Shown: one piece after another, positions 1-12,392 of the stretch
How the letters are laid out: the number at the start of each line of letters is the position of its first letter
How positions within the stretch are numbered: the stretch's first letter is position 1
Source of the DNA: Seison nebaliae
Lineage: Eukaryota
Length of the DNA stretch: 44,952 bases
Direction of reading: 5' to 3'
NCBI GenBank assembly: GCA_023231475.1
Contig: JALJEE010001395.1
Coordinates: 1-44,952, forward strand
Notes under the pieces: generated by a model
The model's database searches: none
What the model saw: only the letters and a program-made list of their open reading frames with translations
What the model was told of the DNA's origin: nothing
Made by a program: the position numbers and the translations under genes

Positions 1-1096
1 CCGACCTAGTAATTATGATCCATCAGCTGGCCGTTGGTCCGTTGCGGCCTAGTTTCACATTCTTTGCGTGTTTGTCCTGGCTTCTTTATCTTTGATTTAT
101 TGTCCATTATGATGTTGCATACTTTATTAGTTGATGCGTCGTTTAGTGTCATCTGGGATTCTTATATGACTTTGACTGATTACAGATTATATATTTGATT
201 ATTTCATTCATGGAAGAGAAATGGATATCGTGAAATTCTTGTGCTATCGAGGTTATTGCACGTAACCTCTCTGGTAACGCGACACTTACTAAATCTTTCC
301 ACATGCGCGTTGGGATACGATTTTGGTTGAAGTATAATTTGACTCCGGAACTCCAATTTAATATTGATTCTCCATCTGTCATATTTGGAACCTGCAAAGA
401 GCCAACGACGATATTCTCTTTCTCCTCATCTTTTATATTGTGATATATTATCTTTTTTTGATTTCTGGTGGTTCTTTGGACCATTTGGATTTTAAATGTT
501 CAATATCATCTTCCTCTAGCTCTTCCAATATTATTTGTAAATTTTTCAGACACTTCAGTCTTCTGTCGAATTGGGTATCCGGAATTGTCTGAAGTATTTT
601 CTCCAATGCCTTCAGTACGTAAAATATATTCCATTCATCCGGTCCGTTTATTTCCCCTAAAGCTGATAGACACTTAAATTGAATTTGTTTGAATTTAGTC
701 GCCCATTTTTTTACCAATTCGATGTTAGATTCTCCTTCCTATGATCTTCTTTTGGTTGGGTAGAGCATAATTAGAGAAAATTTTCGTTCGAAAACGACAG
801 GAAATATGACAATATCGTCATTTTGACACATATCAAAGGCTTCTGTCAAATTTCCGATTGTAAAAAATTTCTTCGAAAGATTGATATTCGATTTTTTGTC
901 CTCCCAAATCTTCGAGAAATTGTTGAAATATTTCATTTCTTCGTCAAATTTGTATTGATTAATCTTTAGTGACTGGACGATTTATCTATTGTTCGGTCTT
1001 TCTCCAGAATCGATAATCTCATGTTAATATTGTTCAATTGATCCGACATTCTTGTTAAACAATCAAGAATTGTATTTTGTGGTGGTTCGGACGCTG

Positions 1097-1107
1097 CGTG
1101 GTCGCCA
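1097..1107 (-). promoter_or_regulatory. Primer-binding site complementary to a tRNA-Arg 3' end
   Basis: TGGCGACCACG abuts the LTR-terminal CA. The plus strand reads CGTGGTCGCCA, matching the 3' end of animal tRNA-Arg(TCG) plus CCA as I recall it. Confidence 0.6.
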
Positions 1108-1607
1108 TGTTGTGGATACATGTTTTAAACCGAGATTTTAGAAGATTCAAACAGAAAAGTGGAAACGAATAGATATAAATATGTAAGAGGTCTAAACATA
1201 ACCCAGACAATGGCAAGACGAAAAGACAGTTAGGTCATGAAGAAATAAAGAAAATATTAATAATAATTAAAAGAGTCGCTCGCGCCGAAATGTCTTACTC
1301 ATCGTTCGTTTGATCTTTGCTCCCTCGACCCTCGATCATTCAAGAAACAATTCTCTCATGAACGTTAATTGATTAAATTCAATCAACTCATTGGAAACAA
1401 TTCTCTTTTGAATGTTAATTGATTAAATTCAATCAACTCATTAGAAACAATTATCTTGTGAACCCTAATTGATTAATTTCAATTAATTCATTAAGACAAA
1501 CACCAATCTTTCAATAACAATCTTGAATTAACGTAGGCTGACCAGCTTACAAATTGGTAGCAGCGAGTCTAACGATTACGCCACATTACCCACCCTCATC
1601 TTCAACA
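1108..1607 (-). repeat. Putative 500-bp 5' LTR
   Basis: Inverted termini TGTTG/CAACA adjacent to the PBS. The second LTR and TSD are not in the window, so the outer boundary is tentative. Confidence 0.5.
1344..1492. repeat. Three tandem 50-bp units inside the putative LTR
   Basis: GAAACAATT...TAATTGATTAAATTCAATCAACTCATT units start at 1344, 1394 and 1444. Confidence 0.9.
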
Positions 1608-1855
1608 CACAAATATAACCACAGTAACAAATATTTCAATCGAATATGGATGAAAATCCGAAAAAAGTCAATCCGTTTATGGAATCCATACCAATTCGAC
1701 AAAGGAATATGCGACGAAAAATAAAATAATGAAAATGGGTTCTTCACAACGATCCATATCCATCGAATTATTACAAATCCAGATGCAAGATATTCATAAA
1801 CTTATTATAAATAAGAAATTCTATTTTAACATCAACTGAAGAAAAGGGATGACAT

Positions 1856-2091
1856 GGTGCATTACCATCTACACCTGTACCCAAGCAGGTTCTTTTATTC
1901 GTGGAAGGTATACAGGTATTTTTAGAACCTTTCGGTCTTCCCCTTCCTCTCTTGCCTTCACCAATTGGCTTTTCCGGCGCTTATCATAACCGATTATTCA
2001 TAACACAATCAACATTATTGTCAATTACGGATAACTCTTCGTCGTCCACATCATCAGAATTATTAAACAATTTATTAATATTCAAAGACAT
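1856..2091 (-). pseudogene. AT-hook-containing ORF remnant, probably a transposon protein N-terminus
   Basis: From ATG 2091: MSLNINKLFNNSDDVDDEELS...RL**APEKPIGEGKRGRGRPKGSKN. The AT-hook core RGRP lies within 1918-1953, with two in-frame stops at 1981-1986. Confidence 0.5.
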
Positions 2092-2099
2092 GTTAAAAA

Positions 2100-2254
2100 A
2101 AGAATGATTGTTACTTTTATTTAGTATTTTATCAATTTTATTCTTTGGGTGTAATTTCTAACTTACAAGTTGGAGTACAGTGTTAGTTTTGAGTCAATAT
2201 CGACTAATCTTATAGACTCATTTTTTTTTAAATAGTTAAATTTGAGTTATACTC
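2100..2254. repeat. ~155-bp dispersed repeat, inverted relative to the copy at 5455-5606
   Basis: AAGAATGATTGTTACTTTTATTTA...TTTGAGTTATACTC is the near-exact reverse complement of 5455-5606, with a few indels. Confidence 0.9.
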
Positions 2255-3089
2255 ACAATAGGGAAGGATATAATTAATCTTGAGTATGATTGTGATATTT
2301 TTGATGATGAACGAAATTCATTATTTTAATAAAACAGTTATCTTCTAATTATTATTTTTTCCCTTATGTATGTGAATTACTAGATATACGTACATTATTT
2401 AGTCACTAGCTGAATTATTTACTCAGAAATTCGTGTATCTCAAATATTACTCCATTCAATTTGTCATTCGGCAAAATCACAATCGTATCAGTAACAGAAT
2501 AAATACGTAGCTTCTCATTATCCTTGAGTTGAATTGTGTAATCAAAATAAAAATTACGACATTGTTTCTAACAAATTGTTTCTTGTTATTTTTTAAGTTG
2601 CAACACGTTTTCCCAGAACTGACAAAAATATAATTAACATGTAATTTTTTACGAATACAATGTCAACTATGATATTTTACAAATTGATATCATGTAAACA
2701 TTAAAGATAAATAGAACACTTTAATTGAACCAAACATAATAATATTATTCTAATACTATGATTGGAAAATGTTCATTTATATTTATTTTTTAAAATTATT
2801 TTTCAGAAAAAATGTAAAATTTGAACACGCAAATGTTTTGGAAATATTTAACTTCAATAATCTTTTACTAATTTTAGATATTTGAAATTTGGATATTAAA
2901 TTTCATTTTAATATATTCAAATCGAAATATATAAAAGAAGAATAAAATAAAGTACTAAAGTGCTCAATAATTTTCAGTTATAGATGTATGAAATTGTAAA
3001 AATAGAAATTAAGGAATTTGAAGTTTTTAGGAAACAAAATAATTTTATTTTAATTATTTTCTATAGAAGTTACTTCTTTTGAAATTTGA

Positions 3090-3783
3090 AAATAAGAAAT
3101 TCTATTTTAACATCAACTGAAGAAAATGGATGACATTTTCATAGATCAATTGCCGTTGGAGAATGTAACGATTTATTCATCATCAGCTGAATTAAAAAAG
3201 TTTATACATCGAAAGTTTTGGAGAAGGGAATTACAAAAATTCGATTTGGTAAATTTCCTCAACAATGTAATATCAATTCAACGAGGTTAGTTACTAATTT
3301 TATGTCCTTCCATCTGGTTAGATGACCTTCCATCCTTTCCAAAGCTAAGGAAAAAAACATTTCCTTCGAGGCATCAAAAATCCTTAAAAAAAGAAATCGA
3401 TAAATATGATGGTTATTGTCCGAACGAAAAATCATATCTCGATTTTTGGAATAAGTCACCCAATTTAAACCAACTATCTAAAGTTACACAAATTGTAATT
3501 GCCGTATCTGTAACTTCATTATCTTGTGAACAATTGTTCAGCTCATCCGAAAATGTATTTACGAAAAAACGATCAAATTTAACTGATAAAAATTTATCGC
3601 TTCTATCATTTCTACACAATAACAAATCTTCGATTATGAAAACTTTATAAATTACTATTTTTGATTTTGATAATATTTTCATTTACATTTTATTCCTTTT
3701 TTTGTATCTATATAAAAATTTTTATTCCTAATAAAATATATTTTTCCCCCTATCATAATTTTTCAACGAATATATTGTCCCTG
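3090..3783 (+). mobile_element. hAT transposon 3' remnant with C-terminal dimerisation domain (ORF 3126-3650, possible 36-bp intron 3286-3321)
   Basis: The plus strand reads EIDKY...LDFWNKSPNLNQLSKVTQIVIAVSVTSLSCEQLFSSSENVFTKKRSNLTDKNLSLLSFLHNN, the hATC pattern (W...L...ATS..SER.FS...R..L). It ends in TTGTCCCTG at 3783, a CAGGG-type terminus. Bases 3090-3135 are duplicated at about 1810-1855. Confidence 0.75.
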
Positions 3784-4303
3784 TACTATTCTGTCCGTTA
3801 AAGTAGTAAAAGGACTTTCAAAAAAATGTTGCTTCGCCGTCCCTTTTTTTCTCCTTTTCTTTCCTTCACTTCGTTTACCTTCGCGAAGTGGGACTATGTA
3901 TAGTTCGCTGAAATGGTCTAAGAATGGAAAGAAAATGGTCTTTGCTATTTTATTAACCTTCTTAATCAGTTATTTGATAGTTGATATTAACCTTGATGCC
4001 CATCCATTACAACACCTAAACTCTAATAAGTGTTATTCTGAACTATAGTACTTTCTTTACTTTTCTTTGGTGTTTGATAAGTAGCAACAAAAAAAATGAA
4101 TAAAACATAAAATTCTAAATTCAAAAGTTTATAGATCAAACTAACACAACTGTTTTCTGAATATTTTTGGACCTTTTAGAAGAGAGAATTAAATTTGTCC
4201 ATCTGAATTTTATTTACGTCAATTATGCAATAATTATTATAGATGTTATTATTATGTTAGATTGAATGGGAAAATAAACATGTGGGGGCAGATTTATACC
4301 TAC

Positions 4304-4330
4304 TATAAATAAGTGACGACGTTCATCAGT
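4304..4330 (+). promoter_or_regulatory. TATA box and initiator-like TCAGT of the lysozyme gene
   Basis: TATAAAT at 4304 and TCAGT at 4326, just upstream of ATG 4353. Confidence 0.4.
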
Positions 4331-4352
4331 AACATGAAATTATTCTTACAGA

Positions 4353-4843
4353 ATGCAATTTTTTATTTTCTTAATCAGCTTGTTTCTCCTAGGTTATTTT
4401 CTAAATAAAGTTCTTTCTTCTACTTACACCATGGTGTTTAGGTTCGAGTAATGCAGCTATTAGTAGTACTTGTATGAAATGCATCTGTAAAATTGAAAGT
4501 GGGTGTCGTGCTTTACCTTGTGCTTTTGATGTAAATTCATTATCCTGTGGATATTATCAAATAAAGGAAGCTTACTGGATTGATTGTGGACGACCTGGTG
4601 GTTCATGGAAATCTTGTTCTCTCAGTAAAAGCTGTGCAGACTCTTGTGTCAAAAAATATATGGCTCGATATGGTTAATAAACTTTTAATTCTTTCTGATT
4701 TAAATTTTTCGATTTTAGGTACATTCTGTACTAAGGGACGAACACCAACTTGTAGCGATTATGCTAGAATCCATAATGGAGGACCATACGGATGTCGTTC
4801 ATCTGCTACATTAGGATATGCCAACAAAGTCAAACATTGTTAA
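4353..4843 (+). CDS. Invertebrate-type (i-type/destabilase) lysozyme, 131 aa; exons 4353-4392, 4442-4672, 4719-4843
   Basis: Signal peptide MQFFIFLISLFLLGSSNA. Family motifs CMKCICKIESGC, DVNSLSCGYYQIKEAYWIDCG, CVKKYMARY and ARIHNGGPYGC. Two GT-AG introns (49 and 46 bp) restore the frame. Confidence 0.95.
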
Positions 4844-5016
4844 TTGTGATTTGAGTTTAAGAGATCATAGCTTTATATTTTTATTACCACGTTATATTAT
4901 ATAATAAAATATATCGTTCCCTAAATAATTTTTTAAAAGCATGGTTAAATTGACAACATAAATTTATATATATAATGATATAGTATTCATGTTCATTAAT
5001 TTGGGATCAAGTTTCA

Positions 5017-5432
5017 TCAGCATTTGGTGAATGAGGCGCGATCAATTGACAAAAATGAACGTTGTGTACATAAGGAAATGGTTTCCAACGAGTATAGTGG
5101 AAAAACTAAACTCTTAAAAAATTTTGGACGTAATTTTAAAGGAACGAATTTCGTCTTGGGAGAGAAAGAGAAAAATGATCTGCATAATTTGTTTCGAATG
5201 TGATCCAAGGCGAAAGAGGAGAGACAACGGAGATCGATGGTTGAACCAAGAAAGATAGTTGAGGATTTAAGCAGAATTGAGGAGAAAGAACGCTTGCCTG
5301 TTCATAATAGGAGGGATTTATGGATACCCCCATCTGGGAGAGAAGAAAAGATAATTGTCGATATGACCGTTTCAGATGACGGAGAGAACGGTCTACGATC
5401 ACGATGTCATCTGCATAAACCATAACATCCAA
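5017..5432 (-). mobile_element. Non-LTR retroelement RT fragment (YADD through thumb), frameshifted
   Basis: VMVYADDIVIV...LSQMGVSINPS, then FKSLVFPLYSLE, which is homologous to FRSLVLPLYSLE near 16075. Confidence 0.8.
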
Positions 5433-5454
5433 GTAATTGAGTAGTATAACAATC

Positions 5455-5606
5455 GAGTATAACTCAAATTTAATAATTTTTTTATAAAAAAAAATAATCT
5501 ATAAGACTTAGTCGATATTGACTCAAAACTAACAAACTTGTAAGTTAGAAATTACACCCAAAGAATAAAATTGATAAAGTAATAAATAAAAGTAACAATC
5601 ATTCTT
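5455..5606. repeat. Inverted copy of the 2100-2254 repeat
   Basis: Reverse-complement match visible by eye. Confidence 0.9.
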
Positions 5607-6406
5607 CATTTCGATAATTTCTAATAAATTTTTAAGAGAGGTTATGAAATTTTCGGACAATCTAACTTTTCACAAATTTGGAATAAAAATAAGAATAATT
5701 ACCTCTATTTTTGCTCAATTGTCCGAAAATGTCGGAAAAATCTCTTGCTCAATTCCATAATCATGTTTTCTATAAAGCTTAATATCACGGACAAAATTTC
5801 GTCCTTTAACAACTCTGTATTTTGTAACTCCGTATTAAACTTTTCCTAACATTAAGAACAGGTCTCCGTGGTTTTATTTGTTGTTTTTTTCTCAACGTTC
5901 TATTAATTTCATGAAGGTTCCTGGCATCCTTTTTAAGCTTTGGGACAGTTTGTAATCTTCTAAAAAAGAAAGCACAGTTTTTAGCCTTACAGCATAATGA
6001 AAAGATAACAGTTAAAATAAAAGATTATATATTATAAAATAAAAACCATACTAGAAAGATTTCGATAACAGTTGTTAACCCATAATTAGAACAATTTTTA
6101 ATATTGTTTTTTATTTTTTTTCTAAGTAACCGAATATCTTTGGAATAACGGAAATATAAAATTGCTAAACAGTTATAAAAACAAACATAGATTAAAAACC
6201 ACAAGACATATCATAATTAGCAATGAATTGCTGAAAATTTCAAGAGAATTGGAATACAATTTTGTTTCGAAAACGAATAAATTAAATTTTAACTTTTCTT
6301 TTTTTTATATATTTTCAATTTTCATATTTTCTATCATTTGATGAAAGAGAAATTAAATAATTGAGATAAAATTGTTTAAAAAGCATTGTTGAAACAATTT
6401 CTCAAT

Positions 6407-7798
6407 ATGAACAAGAGGGCTAAGGAAGCAGATCAACTGACTTATCAACAGTTGGTTCTATTGCATCGGTCATTATATCCATTGGCTGTGAAGGAACCTA
6501 GCCAGCTTTATCCATCGCTTTTTGGTGGTCGTCTAAATGGAATGGTAGAATATGGGACGTATGCTTATAACGATGCTTTTAAAGAATTATATCAATGTAA
6601 AAGTCAACGACCACGGATCGAAACTGGAACACTTAGAGGTACCGCCACCGAATGGATTAATGACATGAAAACTTATAATAAGTTTCAAACATTTCCCCCT
6701 AAATTACACATTTTCGAAGGAGTAAAAGACTGGATTAATGAACAAGAAGAAGAAAAAGAAGCAGCAACAAAAACCAAAAGTAAGGTATGTATTTTATTTT
6801 ATTTAAACATTCCAAATTATCGTTTGAATAGTCCAAAAAATCACAATCATCAATGAAGTATCAGTCTGTAATTACGAAATCACAATTTACAAATGAAGAA
6901 GTTAAATCGAAAGAACCTAAAAAACCAAAACCACAGAAAGAGATAATTGAATTATCAACATTATTGAATAAGCAACATAAGAAATTTATTAATAATCAAA
7001 AGGAACAAATGTGCAAAAAAATCGACATGTATCGTGGAACATTGTTTAATGAAGATAAAGATAAAGAACGATTTCATTATCAAATTCCTGAAAAAAAAGT
7101 GAAGTATAAAGTCAAACAGCCGTTGTTTTCTTTACAGAAGATTAATTCTAGGTTAAATTTTGATCTTACATCTCACAGAATTATTTAAAATAATGAATAG
7201 GAATGAAGTATTACCTAAATTAAATTTGGTGAAAGATCCAGCAAGAACATCTTCCATCTTTAGTCAGGAAGAAAAAGTTCATAGTGCAGACCGAGTGCAA
7301 TTAAACGAACGCCTTAAAGACTACTTAAATGTTGGGAGGAAAGGCTCTCTTAATTATTTGAAGAACAATAAATTCCAAGAAATACCGATGCGTTCCGAAA
7401 TGATGGACAATAAAGAAATTGATAAAGTTCTGAATAACATTGAAAATTGGTCATTACCTCCACGTCCTATTGCAACGTTATATACTCCAATTTTATATTC
7501 GGTGGAAAAAGTTTTACCGAAAACTTGTTTGAGTGATACTTATAGTGACATTGGAACGATGAAGTATAAGAAGGATCGGGCTAGACGAACTAAAGCGAAT
7601 ACAGTGAACAGTCCGTTGACTGTGCAAGAAATATTTGTGAGAGATCATTTGTTGATCATTCGAAGAGTTCTTCTTCTTCTTCTCTGATTTAATGTCATTT
7701 CATAAAAACAGGTATATTTCGAATATTTGAATGTTGCACCTACTCGAACACTTAATCGAGTAACAGTTAATTATCCTCCACAACGTTTAGAAGCATAA
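6407..7798 (+). CDS. Uncharacterised K/E-rich protein, ~416 aa; exons 6407-6784, 6832-7151, 7201-7666, 7712-7798
   Basis: Three consecutive ORFs plus a short terminal exon are joined in frame by 47-, 49- and 45-bp GT-AG introns. No recognised domain. Confidence 0.75.
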
Positions 7799-7883
7799 AC
7801 TAAACAAGAAGAAAATGTAATGAAAAATGTAACATGGATTTCGTTTCAATGTAATTTTGTTTTGCTAAGTTTAGTTTCTTAAA

Positions 7884-8902
7884 ATGGCTGAGCGTCAAAC
7901 TTCAAAGATCGCTACAGTCTTGGACGATAATGATAAGAAGTACGGTGTATTCCAACCACCATATATATACGATTTTCCTGACAAAATAAAAGCGGTGATG
8001 AAGACATTAGTTGATCGGTGGAATCAATTTGCTCGTTTACAATAAATTCTTCTAATTTTCCATGAAACTTTCTAATGGAGTTTCTTTTCTTTTATTCTCC
8101 TTTTTGTTGAGAATTATTTATATACAATTATAAATTTATAAATAATTATTAGAATATCCTATTAATTATTATTATATATAATTATAAAATATTTTAGCCG
8201 AATCGTATAGCGTTGTAATGAATCAGAATTTCAATGATCCTCCATTTCCCCCTATCGTCTTAACAAAGAAAGGTTTCATTAATTCTCTCAATTTTCTCGT
8301 TTCACATTTTTCAAAGTAACTTCTGTTAATTCTGCATATTTGTCCCAAAAGATTGTGGCTAAAAAGATAGGGATGATTATTTATGAGATGACGTCCTTAA
8401 AAATTTATAATACTCTTACCAACAAAGGTTTGAGAGCAATATAAAATATTGTTAAATGACTTTTCTTTTGCAAATGAAAGGAATTAAATTATTTCTCGAC
8501 TTCGCCGACGTCTTGTCAACATTCATCGAACATTTAACGGAGGATACAGATAATTTGGAGGATCAACTATGGAATTCACGTACCGATGGTAATAAAGCTA
8601 CTACTATTCCCGAACTTACAAGTTCCCAACATTCGATGGACATGCATTCGATCGATTCACATAGAAGTAATAAGATCGAATTGGAGAAACTACAGACGAA
8701 CGAAATTAAATTGAGATTGGCATTAGAAGATGAACGAAAATTATTTCCTTACGATGAAGCCGAGTATAATCTGAATAAGAAGAAGGAATTGAAAAAGAAA
8801 ACAATGACTAACGAAGCAATGGCAAGAAAGATTAAAGCCGATAAAAGAAAGAAACGTCAAAAAATTATATTTAGAGATATCGATGTTGAGGATAACGATT
8901 AA
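7884..8902 (+). CDS. Uncharacterised protein, ~252 aa, basic coiled-coil C-terminus; exons 7884-8034, 8198-8272, 8317-8427, 8481-8902
   Basis: MAERQTSKIATVLDD... joins ORF 8456-8902 through 163-, 44- and 53-bp GTT-AG introns, all frame-consistent. AATAAA follows near 8940. Confidence 0.7.
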
Positions 8903-9217
8903 CTATCAATTCCACTATGACTATATTTACCAAATTTTAAATAAATAAAGTGTAATATAATTATATTAATCATTTAATTACTAATGAATAAGAAGAATTA
9001 TCATTCTTCTGACAAGCGAACTACCGAACTGCCAGCTCTCAAATTAGTTGAAAAAATTGGGAGGGATGTGAAAAATAATGTAAAAACACTATGCAAAAAA
9101 TTAGATGAGCAATTTTAACTTTAATTTTAACTGTGAGAATTATTCTGTTCATTTCATTAATAATTTTTATTTCTTTTTTCAAGATTTTTGAAGATATTTG
9201 AAGAAAATGAAGATTTT

Positions 9218-10851
9218 TCAAAAAATTTTCTTCATTGAAATTAAATAACGACAAATGTTTTTCTTCAATTTCTGTTCAACAATCGATCGAACTTCAAAAC
9301 CATATTTCTTATGGAACCTTTCGTAAACCGATGATGTTGTCACACTTCAATGGGAATCGGTTAAGAACAATAAATTATTTTAAATAAAACTCCAACTTTA
9401 ATGATGGATACCAGAAAACTAAATATCCGTCTAGCTTAATTAAAATTGAAGAAATTCGTAAAAAATTGTCAAAAAATTCTTCGACAGAATTCTTCCCATT
9501 TGCACTTTCTCTAACACCATAAGGAGCTTTTCGAAAAACAAGATGTTAAGCTAAAAAGCTTTTACTTATTAGAACTAACGATCAGTGATGATACCGTCAA
9601 AGAATGAAGAGAATCTGATAGTTTTATCTAAAGAGAAAACATTTGAACAGATTGAATCGACATAATTTGATAATAAATTATATTGTTCCATATTTCCTTT
9701 GATAACAGCTTTTCGACTTCTCCATTTTTCACCTTTCCTATTAGATTTTCCTCGTCCCACTAATAACGTCCAATTAAGATCAGAACCAAACACATAAGCA
9801 CCGAAATAAGCTGCTGCAACGATGATACTCCCAGATCCGACAAAGGGATCCAAAATTATATCGTTCTTTTTCACTTCTCCCATATTCACCATCATCATCG
9901 AGATCAAAGGAACCATGCTGGTATTAGCAATACAAATCCGATTTTTCAAAGTGAAATTTTCCACTGTTTTTCTTCCACCTTCGCAAATCTGTTCATTTCA
10001 TACTTGAACTAGAAGTGGAAAGAAGAAATGTGAGAGAAACCTTTTCGCCAAAAATATATTTCACTAGAACATTCCGATCATAAGGAGAATAACAAGCAAA
10101 CAAACAATATGTTCGACTTGCAGCCAACTTCAAATTTAATTTCCATTTTTCTGAATTCCAATTAAGAGCAATTAAAATTCGCTAAGGAAAAAATAAGATT
10201 TTTATAAGCCAATAATGTCAAAATTAAACTTCGATATCTCCAATTTTTTCATCTTGTGTTAATTTTCTGTTAATTGTATATAATAGTAATCGATAATCAG
10301 TTTCGTTCTCTGAATATGGCTGAAGGAAAACAGGAATGAAAAAGCTGAAAATTTGAATGAAAACCTTTTCATAATATTGACATGTTTTCAATTTATTCAA
10401 TAAATCTTCTTTCGTATCAGATATTTGAATATTTCTCAAACCATTTCTATACGGGAATAAGATAAAAGGATTATTTTTCAAAATGTTTGTGGATTTATAT
10501 TTGTAGCAGAATTCCAAGAGTTTATGTAATTTTTTTCATTGCACAAGTAAAAGATCAACCTTATAAAAACCGATCTATTGCACAAATTAATAAATTGTTT
10601 TTCATTTTCACATTCTATCTTATAAACAGATAAAGGGATCTGATATGTAAAGATGAGGAAGATGCAGATTAAAGAGTTCATTTTAACATTCTCATCAACT
10701 TCGCTTATACGAATTTCTTTCGGTTGGAATAATAGAACTGATATTGCGTCCAATTCCTGTCAGATATTTTCTTCCAGATTAAAACAAATAAGTTTTGCGT
10801 AACTTTCTTTCTGAAATTCTCATATTCGTTTGCTGTCTCTACAAGAAACAT
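9218..10851 (-). CDS. TRMT11: tRNA (guanine-10-N2)-methyltransferase, ~391 aa, 9 exons (introns 10803-10757, 10687-10640, 10559-10447, 10364-10320, 10229-10182, 10040-9989, 9579-9527, 9396-9345)
   Basis: Motifs FTLKNRICIANTSM, ILDPFVGSGS and AAAYFGAYVFGSD. The spliced product gives FDGIITDPPYGVRE, LVFWYP and a C-terminal EQKL...RYLISMKK. Confidence 0.9.
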
Positions 10852-11046
10852 TTTGATAATTCTCCTTATTACAAATATTATAAAGATCTCTATAAAGGTA
10901 TTATAAAAGACTCTTTTTTAAGAATTTATTTCTCCATTGATTTATTATTTTTTTTCTATAAAAAAAGATTAGAAACTTTCATTTAAAATTAGAATATTTA
11001 TTTTGAATTATTCGCTTATTTAATAGTGTATTGCCGAAAAAGAAAA

Positions 11047-12122
11047 ATGATCCTCAAACGCTCATTGAACATCGCTTTCCGCACTCTCTCCACCACATCA
11101 ATTAACTCCAATTTCCAGAAACTTAATGCAAAAGTGTCATTGTTGGGATCTGTTGGCGGCATTGGACAGCCAATGGCATTATTGTTGAAACAAAGTGGAT
11201 TGATTGAAAAATTGGCATTGTACGATATTGCTGGAACTGCAGGAGTCGCTGCTGATTTGAGTCATATTGAAACTAAAGCGAAAGTTCAGGGATTCACCGG
11301 TCTGAAAGAGTTACCCGAATGTTTAACAGGAAGTGATATCGTTGTAATACCAGCAGGTGTTCCTCGAAAACCAGGAATGACGAGAGATGATTTGTTTAAT
11401 ATTAATGCTTCAATCGTTGCACAATTAACTGATTATTGTGCACAACATTGTCCGAAAGCATTAATTGCAATTATTTCCAATCCAGTTAATTCAACTGTGC
11501 CGATTGCAGCAGAAATTATGAAACGACGAGGTGTTTATGATCCGAGGAAAATTCTGGGTGTTTCAACTTTAGATGTAGTTCGTGCAAATACATTCATAGC
11601 GGAAAAAAAACAATTTGAAGTTGGAAAAGTGAATGTGCCTGTGGTGGGTGGCCATTCGGGTAACACAATCATTCCTCTTCTCTCACAAACGTCCCCACGT
11701 TGCGAATTTACGAAAGATGAAGTCCAACAGTTGACGAAACGTATTCAAAATGCTGGTACAGAAGTCGTAGAAGCAAAAGCTGGAGCTGGTAGTGCTACGT
11801 TATCTATGGCATTCGCTGGCGCTCGATTTGTCTTTTCTCTTTTGGAAGCGTTGAATGATAAAGAAGGTATCATCGAATGTGCATATGTAGAATCGACAGA
11901 AACGGAAACCAAATATTTCGCCACTCCTTTACTTTTTGGAGTTAGACGATTTTAATTGTAAATTAATTTTAAATGATTTTCCAGAGAAATGGCGTTGAGA
12001 AAAGTTTGGGCATGGGAAAACTATCGGAATATGAAAATGATTTATTACAAAAAGCCCTGGGAGAATTATCAGGTAACATTAAGAAAGGAGAAGATTTTGT
12101 CAAAACATTCAAAACCGGATAA
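11047..12122 (+). CDS. MDH2: Mitochondrial malate dehydrogenase, 343 aa; exons 11047-11940, 11985-12122
   Basis: Presequence-like N-terminus, then [44 protein letters not shown] and [11 protein letters not shown] 44-bp intron adds the ...[12 protein letters not shown]-terminus. Confidence 0.97.
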
Positions 12123-12392
12123 ATTTATCAACAATAACTTCAATTAGTGACCAATTGAAAGATTATTTAGATTTTTTACCATTGGAAATTATGTGAAGGA
12201 TTTGACCGTTTAATTTTTGTGAATTGAGAAAAAGAGATAATTTTGTGAAAAACTTTCTGATGATTAAATGGAAAAAATAAATTAATCGATTCCTTCAGTA
12301 AAATCATTCTGTATTCTAATACATTTATTCTACATATCTATATTATACAGTCAATATTCTTTGAGAAATTTTTTTTTGTGCACTAAATAGTA

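Larger units (their letters stand above)
1..1607 (-). mobile_element. Degenerate LTR retrotransposon (Ty3/gypsy-like): 5' LTR, PBS and broken gag, running off the left edge of the window
   Basis: On the minus strand, TGTTG...CAACA bounds 1607-1108 and is followed directly by TGGCGACCACG. Downstream are stop- and frameshift-broken ORFs (739-936, 448-717, 149-484). The last contains a gag-capsid-like pattern, ILNWSSGVKLYFNQNRIPTRMWKDLVSVAL. Confidence 0.6.

Noticed and set aside
1901..2107. Plus-strand 68-aa ORF
   Set aside because: It is the antisense of the AT-hook remnant and has no recognisable content.
3259..3682. Minus-strand ORFs 3259-3459 and 3413-3682
   Set aside because: They are antisense shadows of the plus-strand hAT dimerisation-domain frame.
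10447..10559. snoRNA in the unusually long 113-bp TRMT11 intron
   Set aside because: No convincing C/D boxes or H/ACA hairpins are visible.
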